Positions 34,403 to 38,645 of a stretch of 38,645 bases of DNA are shown in pieces. A model generated the notes under the pieces. It saw only the letters and a program-made list of their open reading frames with translations, made no database searches and had not been told where the DNA came from. Each line of letters starts with the position of its first letter. Position 1 is the stretch's first letter. Source of the DNA: Thelocarpon superellum (taxonomy: Eukaryota); NCBI GenBank assembly GCA_026025795.1, contig JAPEUG010000132.1, positions 1 through 38,645 on the forward strand, given 5' to 3'. The translations under genes and the position numbers were made by a program.

Positions 34403-36557
34403 TTAGACGCGCTTCTCCGGGTCATCATAGGAATAGCCATTCTGGCCCTGCTCGCGGGTCTCTCCGTCATCGACGCGCTCGTAGAGCCGCTCGGGCTGGA
34501 CAGACTGGCGCAGGATGTAGCGGCGGATGAAGTACGGGATCTGGCGGAGACCGTAGGCGGCGTGTACATGTGTCGGGACGCTAAAGACTTGATCCAGCTC
34601 CTCCAGCGTCTTCCCTTTCGTCTCGGGCACGAAGAGGAGGACGAGCACGAAGCCGATCAAGTTCCATACCGCGTAGAAGGAGAAGGCGCCTTGGTTCGTG
34701 AAGGCCAGCTGCAGACTGGGCCAGGTCACGGAGAGGACAAAGTTGAAGAACCATGTCGTGGCCGTTGCTATGTCGTGTTAGCCTGGGTGTTGAGGAAGGC
34801 GTGCACGGAGGCGAAAGGGGAAAGGACTCACCAAGACTCATCCCGTAGGAGCGAACGTAGAGCGGATACGCCTCGGCCGAGTAAGTGAACGGTACGGGAC
34901 CTTCACCGGGCGAGTAGACGATGCCGAAGAGGTAGATACCGAGAGCGATGCAGGCAATGCGCGCCGTATGCATGGTGTCATCGGGGATCCAGAAGCTGAA
35001 GCCGGTGAAGAAGAGGAACAGCGACATGAGCGGGAAGGTGGTCAAGAGCAAGTTGCGTCGGCCGAAGGTATCGATCGTGTAGATGGCGGGGATGGCAAAC
35101 AGGAAGTTGATGACGCCGAAGCCCAGCGACGCGGACAAGGCCGAGAGTTGCGAGAACTTGGCTTGCACGAAGATGGCCGAGGAGTAGTAGGCAATGACGT
35201 TGACACCGCAGAACTGTGAGATGGTCAGCTTCGGAGGCCCATCTTGTCGCCCGGGTGGCGGGTTCCGGGCATACCTGTTGCATGAACATGACAATTTCCG
35301 ATCCGATCATCGCCCGTCGATTCCGCGGGACCGACACCAGTTCGACGATCTTGCTCTGCCCGAGCACCATGCTGGCCTCGGCATCGAGCAGCGTGTGCAT
35401 GTAGAAGACGTCGCGGGCCGCCTGCACCTTGGAATAACGAAGCTTGACCATGGATTGGTAGGCCTTGGCGTGGCGGCCCTTGCCCATGTACCAGCGGGGA
35501 GACTCGGGGCAGAGGAAGACAAAGGCGATGACGATCAGAGCGGGCAGCATGGCCGAGGCCATCATCAGCCGCCAGTTCAGGCCCTCGATGCCCGGCTTGT
35601 CCGGCACCTGGAAGAAGGCGAGATCGGCCGCATAACCCACCATGATGCCAAACGCCGTCCACATCTGCCACTGCATCACGAGCGCGCCGCGAATCGCCGG
35701 CGGCGTACATTCGGCGGCGTAGATGGGCACCGTCGCCGACTTGGGGCCAATGCCCAGTCCCAGGGCGAAACGAGCGATGAACATGTGCCACCACGTGTTC
35801 GTGAAGGCTTGCCAGAAACAGGCCAAGGCGGAGAAGCAGCAGGTCAGGAAGATGGTGCCGCGCCGGCCCAGATAGTGGTTGAAGGGTACCGTCAGCCAGC
35901 AGCCGATGAAGGCACAGCAGAGGTAGGGCGCGGAGTTGACGAGGCCCAACAGCCACGACTCGCGCGAGTTGCTCGAGTCGCCGATGCCAAACTGCACGCT
36001 GTAGAAGATTTGGGCGCCGTTGACCACCGTCTCGTCTGACGCAGCAGGTCAGTCAGCACCTGCCGTCTTCACACGATAGACCACATACCCATGCCCTGCA
36101 CCGCGGCACACGTGGAGCAGAGGATGATGACTAGATAGAGCAGACGCGGTTGAGACCAGCGATTCGTGAATTCCCGGCGCATGATGTCGCGATCCACCTC
36201 GCTCAGCCCGGTGCAGGCATCGTACTTGGTCGGGTTCTGCGCGCACACGGCGCCCTGGCGGAAGGCCTGGATGTCCTCCTCATCGCCTACCTGGTGCTTC
36301 TTGGCGTAGGCCTCGCCCATCGCCTCTAGCTCCTCGTGACTGTAGCCGGCCAGCGGGTTGGCCAGCTTCGCGTTGAGGTTGCGGCGAGCCAGCTCCACGG
36401 CGTCCATCGAGGACGTGCCGCGTCGAGACGTGGGGAGCGAGGCATTGCGGTGCGTCTCGCGGTTCGTCTCGGGATTCGTCTGAAGGGCTTGTTGCGGTAC
36501 CTCCACTTCCTTCTCCGCCGGCACCGTCGCCGCCCCGTTGCTGGGCTGCTCCGCCAT
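34403..36557 (-). CDS. MFS sugar-porter family transporter (polyol/myo-inositol type); exons 36557-36089, 36035-35275, 35213-34832, 34767-34403
   Basis: AAVQGMDETVVNGAQ, GLVNSAPYL, LGRRGTIF, GIGPKSATVPIYAAECTPPAIRGALVMQWQMWTAFG, PESPRW, MQQFCGVNVIAYYS, IDTFGRR, SPGEGPVPFTYSAEAYPL and VPETKGKTLEELD. Confidence 0.95.
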
Positions 36558-38645
36558 GGTGAGGGGGGAGGATTCGATTGCTGCAGTGGTCGTCCAGATT
36601 GCGAGAGGATGAAGAGAGGTGCACTGTACGACCTGGTGATGGAGAGTCTGTCGTCCGCGTCTCGTGACGGTCTGCGCGCGAGAGAGGGTCCAGCTCGGGA
36701 TGGGGAAAGAGGGAAAAAGTGGAGGGGGCAGCAATTGGACCGTGAGTGCGGGGTTTCTGTCGGTCATAAAGAACCTGCCCGGACCACTTGACAACAGTCG
36801 CCATCTCTCGGGAGCAGGCCTGGAGCGACGCCGGACCCGGCATGCTGGATTCCAGCCGGTTGTCCTTCGTCTAGGGGACCAAGAATGGAGGGTCCGGTCG
36901 AGTCAGGTCGAGGCCGGAGTCGGTCGCCAGGAGCTGCCATTCCCGATGCACCGCGACGACGCCAACGCCAGTCCCAGTGCGAGTGGAACGGCTAGCGGCG
37001 TAGCGTTTCCGGGTGGCGGTCTGGCGCTCCGCACTACACCCGCAACGAGCCTCGGTGGCGGTGGGTTTGGGCCTGACGGTCGAATGAATGGGATGCCCAC
37101 TCGCCTCCTACTCGCATCAACGCGTCCTGGTCGAAGCGCTGACCCCCTCCCCGGCTCCAGCGGCTCCGCCCAAGTGACGGACGACCCCGCCGTTTTTTCT
37201 CTTTGACGTCAGTCCTGCCACGCCGATCTCACGTTGCGCGCGACACGTCCCAATCCAATGCCCCTCCTCCAGTCTGTAGGGCGAGGGGCAGGTGTCCGGA
37301 GCTTTCCTCCAGCGGCGTAGTCACACTCGCTCGTTGCAACGGGCCCCTCTTTCTCGGTCGCTACCCGAGCTTGGAGCAGCCGCGTGATCGATTGCTCGTC
37401 GTAGCACTGCCGCATGCAGCTGCTGTAACCCCCAGGCCGCCAGGTCAACAAAAAGAGCGAAGCAAGGATGGCCACCCAAACCGCCGTGCATGCCCTCCGT
37501 TCTTCGTCTACCCTTACACTGACCCACCGCCGGGTCCGCAGCCTTCTACCATACCATCCAGATGCCATGCCTCAGCTGCATTCGATGCCGATCGTTACAT
37601 CCGAGCGGAGTCGTGAAACCCCGCCTGACGCCCCCCCCCGGCTGGCTCCCGTGACGATTAGTTTTTCGCGAAGCCCGCCACGGATTCAAGCAGGCCCGTC
37701 CGCCCACGCCCGTAAGCTCGGTGGTGGTTTATTGAAGAGACCATCGCCGGGCAACTTTGAGCGGCCCAATGGCAATTGAGCCAACGAGCAGCGCTCGTAG
37801 GTCAGACGACTCGTCAGCGGCGTCACAGCACGAGGGACAGCGTTTGGTGGAAGTTCGTCGGGAATGCCGACCGTCAAAGAGGGGTTCCGGGACCGGTGCC
37901 GTGCTGTTGCGACCGGCAGGATGTTGAGGCCATGGGTTGCGGGCACCTGATTCGATGCTTGCGGTCTAAATGCGCGATGTGCGCTGTGTACCCACGTCAT
38001 CGCGGCTCTGCCGTGGTGGAGGGCGTCTGGGGTAGTCCGGGATGAAGTTGGGGTCGAGGGTGTCCCGGGCGGCCGTGACGAATCACGTTGGGTGAGGCTA
38101 AGAGGGATCTGCAAGCCACCCGGTCAGATCTTTGGCACTTTTTCCGTGCCATCTTCGGGATGACGTCAAGTCCTCTTTGCAGCCCAGCCCAGCCAGGATA
38201 CCGCCTCTTATTTGGTCTTCACTCGGTATGATTCGAGAAAGGTCGCTTTCGCGAGAGACGCACATTCGAGTGCGACGGTGCGGACGGATACGACTGTTTT
38301 AACCCCGCAATCACCCCGCAATGTTCTACGTTGGCTCTAGCTACGGTGCGGTCGCGTGTGGTCTCAGTCGATGCATGCCTTACACGGTCTCGTTATCGTC
38401 ATCTAACCTAGATCTCGTGATGACCTTTTCTCATCATGGTAAATGGGATCGTGGCAGGACGACACGCCATCCACGTCGCCCATCCCCTTCCGTCCGGGAC
38501 TGAGGCCATCAATGAAATTTTGCCGTCACATGTCCATACCGAACTCCGTCCACCTTCAGCTCGAATACCAGCGCGGCACTGTCAATGGTCATGTCTAGCG
38601 TAAAATCTAGGTTATCAAACTCGATTCCCTTGGTCGTCGTGAGTC

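Noticed and set aside
34151..36039. Long + strand ORFs (245 aa and 281 aa) antisense to the MFS gene, and similar antisense ORFs over IME2, RRP42 and PRE8
   Set aside because: These are shadow ORFs expected from strong C/G third-position bias on the coding strand.

Overview
Intron-rich, GC-rich eukaryotic genomic DNA from a filamentous ascomycete (Pezizomycotina-type GT-AG introns with CTRAC-like branch sites). I built spliced gene models by hand. Most of the window is a housekeeping block: Ddp1/Aps1-type Nudix hydrolase, ATE1, a coiled-coil protein, a DUF7514-like protein, an Stc1-domain zinc finger, Ime2/ImeB kinase, RRP42, a small probable mitochondrial membrane protein, cytochrome c, a RING-CH E3 ligase, PRE8 and an MFS polyol/inositol-type transporter. 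Between IME2 and RRP42 lies a ~5 kb accessory-looking segment. It holds a DUF202 gene with an in-frame TGA at a probable Trp position and a GC-AG intron, a 5-exon secreted protein with two tandem 4-Cys domains (KP4/Ecp2-like pattern), and an SDR pseudogene whose lesions are mostly inferred A>G changes. I found no transposon, RNA gene or CRISPR array, and no clearly new multi-gene system. The best leads are this segment, the Stc1-domain gene and the complex IME2 leader. Family assignments come from motif recognition, not database searches.
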